Both the position numbers and the translations under genes were made by a program. This document shows, one piece after another, positions 13,261 to 27,200 of a stretch of DNA of 64,000 nt; positions within the stretch are counted from its first letter, which is position 1, and each line of letters begins with the position of its first letter. Source of the stretch: Takakia lepidozioides (Eukaryota > Plantae > Bryophyta); assembly GCA_030704615.1 (NCBI GenBank), contig CM060731.1, positions 83,886,001 to 83,950,000 on the forward strand, written 5' to 3'. The notes under the pieces were generated by a model that saw only the letters and a list, made by a program, of their open reading frames with translations, was not told where the DNA came from and searched no databases.

Positions 13261-14730
13261 CTCTCGAATGAGTGCCTGGTGGAGTGAAAGAGATCGCAAC
13301 TGCAACATGGTCAAAATCCGGTAGGATTGGGCCTTGGGGGGAGCATTTGGACTTATGTGATTGAGTGGATTCATGAGTGGAAGGATTCCATCGTGTTCCC
13401 TTTCATTATCACTAAAAGAAGATGGCCCTCCTTGACCCTCACAAAGGGAAAACTCATCCTCATGTCCCAAGTGAGGCTTGACACCTCACTTGGCATGTGA
13501 GACCAAATAAAGTCCCAACACATAAAATATAAATATAAATATTTAAAATGTCATAGTTAACTAGAAGTAGATAATTTTAGTTAACCATGATTAAAACCAT
13601 GACAACAGGCCTCCTAGAGAAGGGAATATGGGTCGGGAGTTTAGCTTCATAGCAGCACAGCAGAAGGGAATATGGGTAGGGAGTTTAAGCTTCGCAGCAG
13701 CAGACCGTGCAGCACATCTAGCTATAGTGGACCCAACTTGACCCACCTTCCTTCTGACGCAAAACCTACAGCCCTCCCCTTTGAGGTCCCTTTTGCTCAT
13801 CAGAGGGCCATTCCGTTTTCGAAGGTACCTCAATGGAGGTTCATGCCGCTCAACAGAGAGCCCTTCCATTTTTGGAAGGTACCTCCGTTGAGCAGAACAG
13901 TCAAACAGTCCTCTGATTTTCACGTGCTTTACAGGGAAGGCCCTGAGTGGAGGGCCTGATAAAGCCCATACGAAGGCCCAAAATGAGGGGCCTCCCCTTA
14001 CACTTACTAATTGACTCCTCTCTCCAGTGTGGTCCTCAAGGTTTGTTTCCTCAAGGTTTGTTTCAGACATCCGTACTCCCCGAGTTTTGGTGCATATTCA
14101 ACATTTTCCCTCAGTCAATCCCAAGCAAGTTGTGCCATGAAGCTAATCTCATAACATGAACTGACTTTATAATAACGAGGTTTGAATATACATCTACAAG
14201 AAGCTTGGTCTCAATTCTTGGTTCCAACCGGAACAGTTAGGTTACTGGAGAATGGGAGACTTTGCTGGAGGATATGGGAAAGGTTGTTCCATCTCCTAAG
14301 GGCTCGCTAGTGAAAGTCCACACCTGTGTCCAACAACACCGAATTTTTTATAAACAACAAACTAGAGACATGAACCAAATGGTGGATTCAAACCTAAAAA
14401 GAAATTCGCAGAAAAAATCCCCATGGAACTTACTTCAGGAAAAAAGAGTCAAAGCATCATCGTGGCGTCACAATATCACTGTTTCCCACCATGCAGGCAT
14501 GGAGAACAAGATGAATTATTCCATTCCATTTGCACCTTGCAACCAAAAAAAGCTAATTGTTACTGCTCCTGAATATGTCAATGATGTTCATAACCAGGTG
14601 ATCACTAAATGGAAGCACCGCTCGAGGCTGCACGTAAGGCTTGCCTGCAAGTCCCCAATGCACCCCCCCTGCCCCCCCCCCCCAACCCGCTTGCCCCACC
14701 CCCTCCTCATTTCTGTGGAGCTAGGGTACA

Positions 14731-14884
14731 CATAAGTGAGCCTGACAAGTGTAATTTCCTGTAGCCAGTAGACTGAAGGTTGCTCTCTCCCTCCTTCCCT
14801 TCCCCAACCATAAGTGAGCCTGACAAGTGTAATTTCCTGTAGCCAGTAGACTGAAGGTTGCTCTCTCCTTCCCTTCCCCAACCA
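14731..14884. repeat. Two-copy tandem duplication of about 78 bp
   Basis: cataagtgagcctgacaagtgtaatttcctgtagccagtagactgaaggttgctctctcc occurs twice. Confidence 0.9.
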
Positions 14885-16489
14885 TTTCTTAGCTCTCTCT
14901 AAGCCAAGACAGATGTAAGACACATAACACAAGCATTTGCAAAATCTTAGTGTCACTGATTTCACTGCATAAATGAAGGTGCACATGCAGGCAATTCCAC
15001 TGAAGGCAAGGAAGGCAAAACGTCATGTTGTCAGCAGACTGCAAGAGAACAGGTCCCAGGAGCTGGCTGCCATGTTGCTGAATACATACCCATCTCATGA
15101 TTTGCAAGGCACTTGGCACTTCTCAGCTGCAGCTAAACAAAGTCCTGGGTCCATGCCCATGTGTTCCTCCCAACCCAGCACCCCCCCAACCTCCCACAAG
15201 CGGGCCCGCAACCCCAAGCCACAATCATTTACTTCCAGAGTCCACAGCTCTGGATACCAATGAAGAGATAGTTTTCAGTAGTCTGAAAAGGAATGAAAGA
15301 CCAGAAACAGATCTAGGATATTGAGAGGGTTTGATGACAAGTCTCCAACCAACATTCTCATTCTCTTTAAGTTACCCAACAGCTTTTAACCCTTCCTTTA
15401 CCTTGCCCAAGGTACAATTCATGAGGCACTTGAAACAGGCTTTACCTGCAGAGAAGGAGGTGCTCAGCTGCAGCTAAACAGAAATACTCCTGAGCTCATG
15501 CTCATGTGTTCCTCCCCGCCCCAGCCCAATACCCCCGCCCTCCCCCCCAAGAGAAGCCTAGAGGAATTCACTTTCTGTCAAGGACTGCACCTCTCTGCAA
15601 GCACAGGTCGAGTTTTCTTTTACCTCTGTGCTTGCATTCTAATGCCATTCCTGTTTACTTTGAAAGCCTTAGTAAACAAGATAGTATATGAAGAGCTTGA
15701 AATGACCTCAAATAACTAAAACCGCACCCCAAGTGGGATGGGGCTTAATACATTTGAGACTGGTTAAGACTTGCTGTTGAACAACAAGTGACTCGATAAG
15801 AGTGGGGAGCAATACATGCTGACTGTCTTGCACACCTCACCAAAGACCTAGACTCCAATAAAAAATAGAACAGAACAGATCGTCAAGCAACATTCATGCC
15901 TTTAAGTGGAGCCACAAACAAGAGGGCCATGGTCATGAATGACAAGTGGACTGATGAAAGCCAACGCGAGATATAAAGAATTCATTGAAAAAGAAAGTCA
16001 CATAGTGGCACAAACGAGACTGATCAACCCTGTGCGAGTTCATTTGGCCAGTCCAGGGCTACCTAAAGTTGCGAGAATGAACCAAACCCCGTTGAGGGAG
16101 GAGACAGGCTTGAAACGACACGACAGTCAGGAACAAGCCGCAATGCCCCACCACACTGCATGCACGCACAGAAAGAGAGCGGACATAAAGGTCCAGTCCA
16201 CTCACACCATCCCCACCCCAACCCATGCACGCACACAAAACCCGTACAAAGTAGCCCCCCAATACAGGGGACCAAACCACTCCGCTCGTCCGCTCCAATT
16301 CTTCAGCAACCTGGAAAAAGCCTGCATGGGCCATGCCGGACAAACACGCACCCTGACTCCCCTGCGTGATGTTGACAAAGACAGGAAAACACTATCATGC
16401 ATCTCATCCTATCCTGAAAGACTCCAATCGTCCAATGTGACTACTGACATAATGCCAGACAAAGCTAGCTTGTGGTAATACACCCCCTT

Positions 16490-19400
16490 TCAGTCGCTTG
16501 AGCTGGGGCTTTCAGAAAGGGACTTGGAGGGCTCTCTTCGCTTCCTTTTGTGTCTGCTTGAGCTCTTCTTTCGACAACCTCCATCATCAGGAGCCACTCT
16601 GCCTTTCCCAGCATCAATAGATGGTGACAATTCAGGGGAATCTGAAGGAGACCTTCTACGTCGGTGATGCTTGTGTTTCACACAGCTGTCATCATTAGCC
16701 CGTTTGCCTTTCCCGGTATCAATAGATGGTGATGGTTCAGGAGACTCAGATGGAGACCGCCTCTTTCGATGATGCTTGTGCTTCCGTCGCTTCTTCTCAC
16801 GCTTATCTGTGTCATCATCCTTTTTGGACTTCTTCTTATGCCTCCGCCGTTCCTTCCGGCCATCTCCGTCCTCCTTGTTATCCTCATCATCGCCACCTCC
16901 CTCGACTTTGTCATCCTCATGACGATGTTTCTTGCGATGCCGTCGATGCCGCTCTCTGCGTCGCTCATGATCTTCTTCCTCATCATCCACGTCCTTGGAC
17001 TTTCTCCTATCCTTTTGGTTGCCATTGTCATCCCCTTTATTATCCTCCTGCTCCATCAACCCTCCGGTCTCCTCCAAGCCCTCATCCTCGGTACCATTGC
17101 CCTTCGGACCCTGTTCTCCATCAATCACTTTTGGTGCCACCTCCTCCAGTTCCATCATTTTTATTGGAACTTTCTCAGTCTGAGAATTGTCCTTGTCTTT
17201 CTCAACCATGGGCTTGGGACCTTCAAAAACAAAATCCTCATCAGCAACACTGCATCCCTCACTGTTGTTGTCTTCCTTTGCATATGTCTCAACTATCTGA
17301 ATTATGATGTTCCCACCCTTCTCTCTCTCCATTTCCTCTCTCTCTTCATCACTACTCTCATCCTTCCTGTCTTTGGGCCTCCTACTTTTCTCCTCTTCCT
17401 TCACTTTCTGACGATCACAAACACTGTCTTTCACCCTTTCCACCTCCCCCTCATCGAGTCTACCGACCACTTCCTTTTGTAGCTTTGCCTCAAAGTCACT
17501 GGTCCCCATGGCCTGCTTCACTGCATATGCAGGCAAAACAATGTCCACCTTCCCACCTAGCTGTTCCACTTGGATCCCCGCAACCCCTGGTTCTGTTGTA
17601 ACAGACAGATGAACAGTACCAGCTCTCTCTTCTTCCTCCTTTGTCCTTTTGTTCAAAACACCCCAACTTTTCTCTCTGCTCCTCCCTTTCTCTCTTTCCC
17701 GTGCCTTTATGTCGTCTCTCCAATCATCAATCACCTCAGTCTCTGCCTCGTCACTTTCCTCATCCCCAACCAACAATCTCTCCTTGCTCCCCTTCTTCAC
17801 TGGTCTCTTGAAGCCTTTTGCTTCAAGCCCCGATTCAACTTCGACTTCCACAGTCTGTCCATTTTTAAGAACCTCTAAAGTGCTTAAAGGCTCTGGTTTA
17901 GTGTTTTCACCTCCATCCTGAAGTGAACTTGGCTTCACTTCATTTCCAGAGATTAGAATGTCTTTTAATTCTGGTTTTGGCTCTAAGGTCTTGATGTGAC
18001 TACAATGTTCTGCAGATGGAGCTACCACACTTTCACCAGCTGTTAGCTCCTTGTCCAAAGGCATCTCACTGTCATTAGCCAAATCTCTATCCCCTGTATC
18101 CTTACTAGGACTGTCACTTCGTGTTTCTTTTGTCACATCAACGATCACCTCCTTCTGCCCTGGGTTGACCACCTGCTCTGCAGGAAGACTCGGACTTTTA
18201 ATCTCCTTTATGGCACTTCGGGTGCCCCCCGCTCTAGCAGGACTAGCACTGACACTTCGACTGCTGGAAGATGGACTCTTCTTCTTTGCTTCCTTGGATA
18301 GGGATCTTGACCGCCTGGAGCTCCTTGTGGTGGTTCTTCGCTCTGCCTCCCAGCGTCGCCTAGGAGAAAGGGTCCTCTCCCTGCTTTCATGATTGAACGA
18401 GTATAAAGACAGTAACGTAGCGCTATATTCCATTAACAGTAGTCTGTTAGAGCTTGATATTTCATCACACGATCTACATTGCAATTTCTAACAGAAAAAT
18501 TCTAGTGCTCAGTTTGCAAACTAGTACCATACAGACATGAGTATGGATCATTATACATTTTCAGGTACTGAGCCTTACCTGCGAGACCTGGGGGAGCGTG
18601 AGCGCGTCCGGGACCTTCTCTTCACTCGACTCCGGCTGCGACTCCTGCGAAAGGTTCGAGAGGGATGATGATCTCTGCTATCCCTCTCTCTCTCCCACTC
18701 ACGGCGGACATAGTAGCGTGGGTAGCCATCACGTCCACCCCTATGATAACTCCCCCGGTCCCTGCTCCGGCTACGACGCCAAATGCGATCCCTTGATCGT
18801 GACCGGGAGCGCCGATCACGGCGATACCGGATTGGCGACCCTGACTTGGAACGTTGGTCGCGGCGATACCTTATGGGAGATCGTGACTTTGATTTGGACC
18901 TTGACCGTGAACGAGAATGAATTCGTGATCTGCATATGAAGTTGCCCCCAATGTCACAAAAAAACGATTTCAGATGTCACAGTGAGACATCTGACACTTT
19001 GAAAAGGAAATTAAAAACCCCCCTTCACCCCCCCACTTCTGACATAACTGCAAAGACACCCTTCACCACTCAGAAAACAGTTAGCCTCGTGGAATCAGTC
19101 ATGACTGATAACTATGATCTCTCCTCCAGATACAAGAAGGGATGATCCACATTGAACTAATTTTCCCAGCTCCCAGCCCACTTATTGTTTCCTGGTCAAA
19201 CTACATGTCGCCAACAAACCAAAAGAGATTTCTGGCTTGGAAAAGACATCCCTTTGACTACATCTTCTCTGTCTCGTTAGTCCCATCTGATGGTGAAAAT
19301 GAGAAACAACACAGGAAACTGCGAGTCCATAGCCTAGCCTGGGAGAGACACACTGGTTCTTTGACTGCACAACTTTCCACGCATTTTCATTATAGCCTCT

Positions 19401-21806
19401 TATTTTGTAAATCCACATATCATGGCAAAGTGGACTACCTCCCCAGAACTTAGGCGCCCGCAGAAACAGCCTCCACCAGTCGCTGCAGGGAAGCCCCAAC
19501 GACAAATGGCCAAGAAAACTACCCTAGTAAGTGGGTGACTAAGGTTACTGATTGTGTGCTTACTGGGAGACACTAAGGATTGTTTGGGAGCCAGACCGTT
19601 TAAAACGCCCAACTGCATCAATTCAAAGGACATGCAGTACCAAAGATACACTCACCGAGGGCTTCCACCAGCCTTTCCCTTATCTTCCTCTCCGTCTCCA
19701 TCTCCATCCCCTTTCAGGCGCTTGCTGATTTCTGCTGCCCGAGCCGCTGCCATTTCTGCAGCAGACTTCACAGTTGCAGCACGGGCTGCGGCTTGCTGGC
19801 TGGCCAAAGCCTGTTGCATGTACAAGGCCTGCTGAAACTGCATCTGTTGCATTGCGACTGCTTGTTGCATCATCATTGGCAAGGGAGGTGGCCCTGCCAC
19901 AGTGGCTATGGATTGCCCCATCCCCTGCTTCCCTGACCGTGGTTTTCTCTCCAGCTCAACTCTTAGATTCTGTCCCCCAACTGCCATGTTATTCAAGGCC
20001 AACGCTGCCTTTGCTTCCTCCGGTTTGGCATACTCCACATAAGCAGACTGCTTTGAATCTGAGATATTACATTCAGTAACTGTCCCACAGTAACTGAAAA
20101 GCTGGCGCAATTGGTCAGCTGTAAGTATTGGGTTCAGATTGGTCACATGAAGTGTGCAGATGGGTCCATGATTGTCTTCCTGATCCCCAGGGGAAAGAGG
20201 CTCTTCATCATCCTTGGATCCTACAATGTCATCATATATTTATGTCAATACTCTCACTGTTGAAAGTCAAAACTAGTTATCCACCTGTAACAAGGTTGTA
20301 TCTGAGGTGTGTGCTTGCAGCTATGATTGCTTGATGATACAATGCTGCAGACTTGGAGACTAGAAAAGCACCCCACTCCCACACACAAAGCCACAGGTTA
20401 TCCAAACAGAAACTATATTTGTGTGCAAAATACCCGAGGAAACATGAGCTCTTGTTTCTGGGGAACATCTCTATTCAGATTCAAAATATTTTTACTTGGG
20501 GAGGCCTGGAACACTCATAGTCAGAGATGCCCCAAACTTGGCATGCAGGCTGTTGATGCTCCCTGTCACTAATGACAGCTGAGAACAGCTTGTGTTGTTT
20601 TAATCTGTCTAATCCGAGGCTGTTCCTGCAGGTAAGGACCCTACATGCACCTGCCAGAAGTTGCTAACCCAAACTAACCACCACCCTAACTCCATATGGC
20701 TGTTACTGAAGGACAAAGGTATGACACATGGATCATGAGAGAGAATGTACTCCCACAAGAAAGGATCAAAACTAACGTTCAAAAAGCGCCAAAGGTTTAC
20801 ATTTGACAAGACCACGCACTGATGGGTACCTACCAATTCCATAAGCAATTACTATACCTGACTGCTGCTGCTGTTGTTGAGCTGCTTGTGCTGCCTGGTA
20901 TGCATTCGCAGCTGCAATGCTCTGAGCTGCAGCCATGGCTGCAGCAGAGGGCGCCATTGGCATTTGACTAAGGCCTCCCATTGTGCTCCCAGCTGCCAAT
21001 GCTGCCATCAACTGGTTTTGCGGTGGGTGATTATACTTGCAGTCAGTCCTAGCACACCGTCCATTCAAATAGTCCCTGCAAACTTCCCCAAAGGAAGCCC
21101 CTAAGCCTGGGAGGACTGCCCCGCCTGTTGCCCCTGTCATCAGCCCGGGGATCATTCCCAGCATGCCTGGGAACATTCCTGGCATGGTGAATGGTCCCAT
21201 GTTTTGACCCCCCATGTATGGAGAAGATCCCATCATAGGAGTCGATGAAGGCATCAAACTGGCTCCAAGCGGCACACTTCCGCCACTAAAGAAAACCGGG
21301 AATGGGCTGCCCAGAATAGGTTGGCCATTGCACTCTACACTGACCATATAATCCCCTCTCTTTGCCACAGCATACGTTGCCGTATACGTCCCATCTGCAT
21401 GATCTTTCACGACTGCCTCTTGCTCCGTCCCTCCAACACCTGTGCCTGGGCTCACCCTAACCCTAATATACGCGCCACCATGAGGTACTCGCCTTCCATC
21501 TGAGTCCTTGGTAACCACAACAAAGGAAGCCGCTGCACCCGCCGCTCCGCCTCCAACTCCTGTGCCAGCAGCTGTACATTTCCCAGGATCCACTGGACCG
21601 ATGGGCTTGTTTGCAAGTCTGTCGACTTCATCAGCCTCACTGTCAGACGATGGGTCCCCGTTGGGTGCGCCTTGGTCCAAATCCCTGAAAGTTGCCTCAA
21701 ACGCAGCTCTGGCCGCAGCTGCCTTTTCCTCCTCGTCCTTCAGTTTGGCTTCCTCCGCATGCTTCATCCAAGCGGGGCGCGTGAGAGCCATCCCACGCCC
21801 CGCCAT
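16490..21806 (-). CDS. Filamin-repeat + CCCH zinc finger + RRM + RS/K-rich RNA-binding protein (Arabidopsis At3g23900-like); exons 21806-20858, 20220-19656, 18929-18579, 18380-16490
   Basis: MAGRG..PAWMKHAEEAK start; filamin-type VVTKDSDG..D.ADGTY...YMVSV..NGQPILGSPF; CRDYLNGRCARTDCKYNH; RRM VTNL...AYVEY. The RS-repeat exon was translated by hand and all splice phases are consistent. Confidence 0.9.
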
Positions 21807-24252
21807 CGGTACTTCCCCCGTCCTACCTTGAAACCTGCAATCCAAACCACCCACACCCAAACTCTACTGTTCTCTAGTCTCCTCTCTGTGACAAAGAGTT
21901 AAGATGAGCCGGCCGTCCTGCCAAGATGAACACGGCCGTCGTCGCTCGCGGTCTCTGGGTGTGTCTCTCTCGCCGTCTCTGCCTCTCTCGGTCGCTGGCT
22001 GGCTCTGAGAGCACGCCCCACCGCGCCACACTTCCACTATCCACATAACCTCTTTCTTTTCTCCTCGTTCTTTCTCGTCTCTATGGGCCCTCGCTGGATC
22101 ACGTCTACGGCTCGAATCCTGCGGAACTTGCTATAACCAGGGCCACACAATGCTGTAGCTTTAGACGGATTTTTAGGTATAATAATTAGTGAGATAGTGA
22201 CGAATGGATCTGAAGTATGATAGGAGGAACAACATGGATTTGACCCCAAGACGTGGTGGCAGCCCACGGCCAAAGGGCAGGAAGGGCCGGCAGGCGTTGA
22301 GAAAGGGCGGGTGACCGGCGATAGTGGCTGGACGACAACTGATCTCTCTCTCTGTCTCGTCTCTCTGCTCTACCGACAAGGAGAAGTGCCAATTCTCCAA
22401 CAAGTTGGCTCAACTGTTTTCTAATTCGAATATTTCCCTCTCTTCTTCCCCACATTACTACTGAATCAGCGGAACACCTCCACGTTACGACGGGGGGAGA
22501 GACATTTGTGGCACAGTACTAGGATTTAAGAAGTCAAGATCCAGAAATTTTGATTAATTTCTTTCTGGATCAGTCTTGAGTCAAAAGGGAATTTCCAGAT
22601 TATCCCAAGGGAAGAAATATCATCATTTTTTGATGACTAGGCCTCTGTCAAGTCTGTTTTCTTCCCTGAATGGCACGAAGGATTGATAAGTCTCTGGCTT
22701 ATATGCTCCCACTGTGGCTTGAAGTGAGGGTTGAGAATTAGAATCGTTTCTCCTTTTTTTCTGGGCCATGAAATTTGTGTGGAAGTTTAATTGCATTCAT
22801 TCCCTGCTCACCCCTCCCGGTTTTCTAATGAGCAGTTGTCACATTTTCCTCTGGAAACTATTGGAAACTTTCCGTCTGATTGTTTTGCTATTTTTCCTTT
22901 TTCCTTTTCTGTTTTGCTACTGTTTTCTGATGCTAACAGAGAAAAATGGATCTGGGATTTTTTCAAGAGTGGGCACTGTACGAAAGCTTCTGCTTTGATC
23001 GGTAGGTGTCTTGCTGGGGATCTAAAGTTCATGCCTTCAAGGACTCTGACGTCAGTGTTGAGCAGAGTATAAAGGCCCAATTGATAGGCTGCTTGTTGAG
23101 GCTTCAGAGCCTGGTGCTTTGATGGCTCCATGAGGCCACGTTTCCTAGTTCGTCTCGTGATGGCTCAGGCCCTGCTACCTGGCGCAGACCATTGTGGCCA
23201 GTGGCATTTACAAAATTCAAGCCACATTCCATATCCTGCAGATCATGGCTCTCGATTCCAACACTCTCTTTTGCAAATATACAACATCCCAGCAAATTTT
23301 ATCTGAAGCCTTTACTATGTCCATTCGTTGTACTGTAAGAGAGACAGTTCCCTATGGTTAGCAAACCTTCAAATCCTCATGCTGCGATGCTCACACAGTT
23401 CACAGTTCCCTTCTCTTCCTTCCTGGATGTTAGGTGTCGACTCGTCTCTCCTTTCCTACTCTTTGTGACGCCGTGATCCAACGCCACCTCTCTTTTACAT
23501 GTAGGATCCAAGAAGCTTCAAATCGACAATCTACCCTTCTAGAACTTGCTTGGTAGCTTCTTGTCAAACGTAGCATCTGAAGACTCCGATTGCATCGCTC
23601 ATCGAGGATTCACTTTAAAACAACTGCTTGGGCATTTCAATTGGAGAGTGTGAGGAGTACGGTTCAGAGATGAGAGGTACTCGGAACTTTATGTAACCTG
23701 CTTTGTGCTCCTGGCTTTGGAGCAGTATAGCGTTGTATGTAGTTGCTCTTCATTTCGCTCATTCTTTTCTTCTTTGCCATTTCCTATGCAAATTTCTTCT
23801 AGAAAGAACTGGAGACTGCTAAGAGTATTGAAAAGCACATGGATGCATGCAAAGAATTACAGTTATGGGTTGTGTGACAACTTTTTCTAGGCTTCTCACA
23901 AAGCCAGGCCATTGTGACACCATAGACAGAAGGATGAAGATAATGAGCCACCGGCAGTATCGGGATGGAGTGTTTATGGACGAGTGAATTGCCTTTGTAT
24001 CAATTCTCCTGCATTGGCTAGTATAAACGCACAATGGCCTGAACCGGGTATAGTATGGAGTCCAGCACAAACAAATCACTCGAACACAACACTGATTGGG
24101 AAAATCTCGAGGAGACATCAAGGAGGCAAAACACAGAGGGATTTACAGAGAGCACGGATCCATATCCGTCTTACAGATTACGATGGTGATGGTAGGCCAT
24201 CTTCGCGTGACCTTCCGAGGAGGCATTTGAAACTGCTAACAGAATTGAGCAA

Positions 24253-27200
24253 TTGGGAATGCTCAGGAGAGAGAAAAAGGATGATGAGGACTCTGAGGAT
24301 GAGTCAGATGAAGAAGAAGAGCAAGAACTAAAAAGAAAGAGTAAGAGAAAGAAGAAGTTGAAGAGGGATAATTATGAAAAAAGATTGGAAGAAATCTTGA
24401 AGAAGTATGCCACAGAGGCTGCAACACATTGGAGGAAGGGTGTATGGTGTGCAAAGTGCCAGAATGAAGGCCATACCACCACAGAATGCCACCTGAAGGA
24501 GAAACACTGTACTATCTGTAAAATGGATAACCATTCTACGGAGAATTGTTACTACAACAGAAGGACAGCTGCAAGAGAACCTAGGCAAGTAAGGGTGCAT
24601 CAGGTGCAGCCCCAGCCAAGAAGAAACAATGATCAGGACCACTATGGTAGGTCTAGTGGTTATAACAATGGCATGGAAGGGAGAGGTAATTCAAGAGGGA
24701 ATTACCAAGGAAATTCCAGAGGCAACTATCAGGGTAATCCAAGGGGGAATTACCAGCCCGGGAATCAGGATTATAGAAATAATCCAAGAACAGACCAAGG
24801 GCGAGGACCCAATGGTGAAGAACTATGTTACTATTGTAATCAGCCAGGACATCGCAGGGCAGCCTGTTCATTCTCGATAAGACACCAGAATGAGATGAGA
24901 GCTCCTGTAAATGAGGGCCCAGTGGTGGCAGCTCACATGGTTAGGCCATGTGTTGTACCAGAAGTAAGTACAATGATAGTAACAAGAAATAAAGCCAAAC
25001 TAATACCTCCAGTAGTAGAGGAAGAATATGATAATGAAGGTGGCAATGATATGCCTGAAGATGAAGAGACTTGGAAAGATGAGAAGGAACTGCACAAGGA
25101 AGTGGCAGATACTATAAGGGAAATGCAAAAGAGTACTGATATTCCTGTGGCAGAGTCCTCTGATTCTGATGGAGAAGAAGAAGGGAGTGAGGAAGAAAGG
25201 AAGAAAGAAGATGCAGACATGCAAAGTAATGAAGAGACTTTGGCTGAAGTAATATGCCAGACCAAAGCAGAAATTACCATTGGACAGCTATTAGCTGTGG
25301 CACCTTATTGTAGGCACAGGCTGTATCAAGCAATCAATCGAATTGCCCAGGAGACAGGAAACACAGACCTGAACAGCAAGGTGACCAGTTATAATGTGAA
25401 GCCGGAAGGGCGAGAAACAGTCATGGACTTTGATGATTCTATGCCAGTAATTCAATTGAGAATTGGAAGCACAGAACTAAATGATGTACTGATAGATGGA
25501 GGTTCTGGAGTAAATATCATGACAGACCAATTAAGGAAGAAGCTTGGTCTAAGTAACATGAAACCAGCCCCATTTACATTAACAATGGCAGATCAAAGAA
25601 GTGTACAGCCATTGGGATTAATAAGAGGAGTTAAGATACAGATACAGAAGATGATCTTTATGATCACAGTAACTGTGTTGAAAATGGATGAAGTCATGGA
25701 GGCTTACTCCTTATTATTGGGACGGCCGTGGCTGAAACAGGCCAGGGTATTCCATGACTGGAATTCTCAGTTACTAACCGTGCATAATGGGATACACGAG
25801 ATACAAATTACCACAAAGAAATCTAGTAGATTACCTGCTACAAGAAGACCTCGAGGAGTCAGAGAGTACGACTGGAAATGAGGACTGGATGAGGAGCAGG
25901 AAGCTACCCTATTTGCTGCACACCCAGAGTGGGAGCAGGTTGCAGAGATGCGGCTGGAAAGCCTAAGTTGTTTGAGAGGTATCTGCTGTGGTGTAGTTAC
26001 AGCAACACCAACTGAAGAGGAAACCAACATTTACCCATCACATTTCTATGAAGAAAGAGAAGGAGAAATAGAAATTCTAGAAGAACCAGCCATTGTGAGC
26101 TTACAGGATGAAGTGGTGACTGGTTGGACAATCACAGCTGATGAGCAGGTGAGGGAAGTAAATGTGGGAACTAAAGAGGAACCAAGGATGGTGAAAGTAG
26201 GAGCTGATTTGGAGCCGGAATTCTTCGAAGAAGCTAAAAGCTTGTTCATCAAATACAGAGATGTATTTGCTTGGAGCTATGAGGATCTAAAAGGGATACC
26301 ACCTGAAGTCTGTCAGCATAAGATTGAACTGGAACCAGGGTCAGTACCAATCAAGCAGGCGAGGTATAGAATGAATCCCAACTACGCACAGAAGGTTGGA
26401 GAAGAGATAAAGAAGTTGGCTGAGGCTAAGTTTATATACCCAATAGAGTATACAACTTGGTTGTCACCCATTGTTATAGTTCCCAAGAAGAATGGCAAAC
26501 TAAGAGTATGTGTGAACTATAAGAAGCTGAATGCTTGTACGAAGAAAGATCATTTCCCTTTGCCATTCACAGAAGCAGTATTAGACATTGTGGCAGGCCA
26601 TGAGATGTACTCATTCATGGATGGCTTCAGTGGTTATAATCAAGTGCAAGTGGCAGAAGAAGACAAAAGGAAAACAGCTTTCATCACAGACTGGGGGGCT
26701 TATGCATACAAAGTCATGCCCTTTGGACTTTATAATGCACCAGCGACCTTTCAGAGAGTGATAAGTGAATCTTTTCATGAGTATCTGGATGATTTCATGC
26801 AGGTATTCTTGGATGATTTCACTGTGTACAGCTCTAAGAATGAGCACTTGCATAAATTGGAGTTATGTTTGGCCAGATGCAGGATGAGAGGTCTGGGCCT
26901 GAATCCAGAGAAGTGTACTTTCTGTGTGAACTCAGGGGTGCTTCTGGGACACATTGTGTGTAAGAAGGGACTCCTTGTGGATCCCAGAAAGATAGAGTCC
27001 ATTAAAGCCTCTCCACCACCAGTGAATGTTAAAAGTCTAAGGAGATTCCTTGGGCAAACCAGTTATTACAGAAGATTTGTCAAAAGGTATGCACAAATAG
27101 CAACACCATTGAGCAAACTACTGAAGAAAGATGCAGTGTTTGCCTGGACAGCTGAATGTCAACAGGCGTTTGAGGAACTTACACTGTCAGTAACAACTAC

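Noticed and set aside
13590-16480. Short ORFs between the convergent genes
   Set aside because: No recognisable domains or consistent splice model; contains only local duplications.
16678-18939. Plus-strand and alternative-frame ORFs over the RNA-binding gene
   Set aside because: Shadow ORFs of low-complexity coding sequence.
22450-23980. 5' LTR and PBS of the gypsy element
   Set aside because: No second LTR copy to define it, and no convincing TG..CA or PBS.
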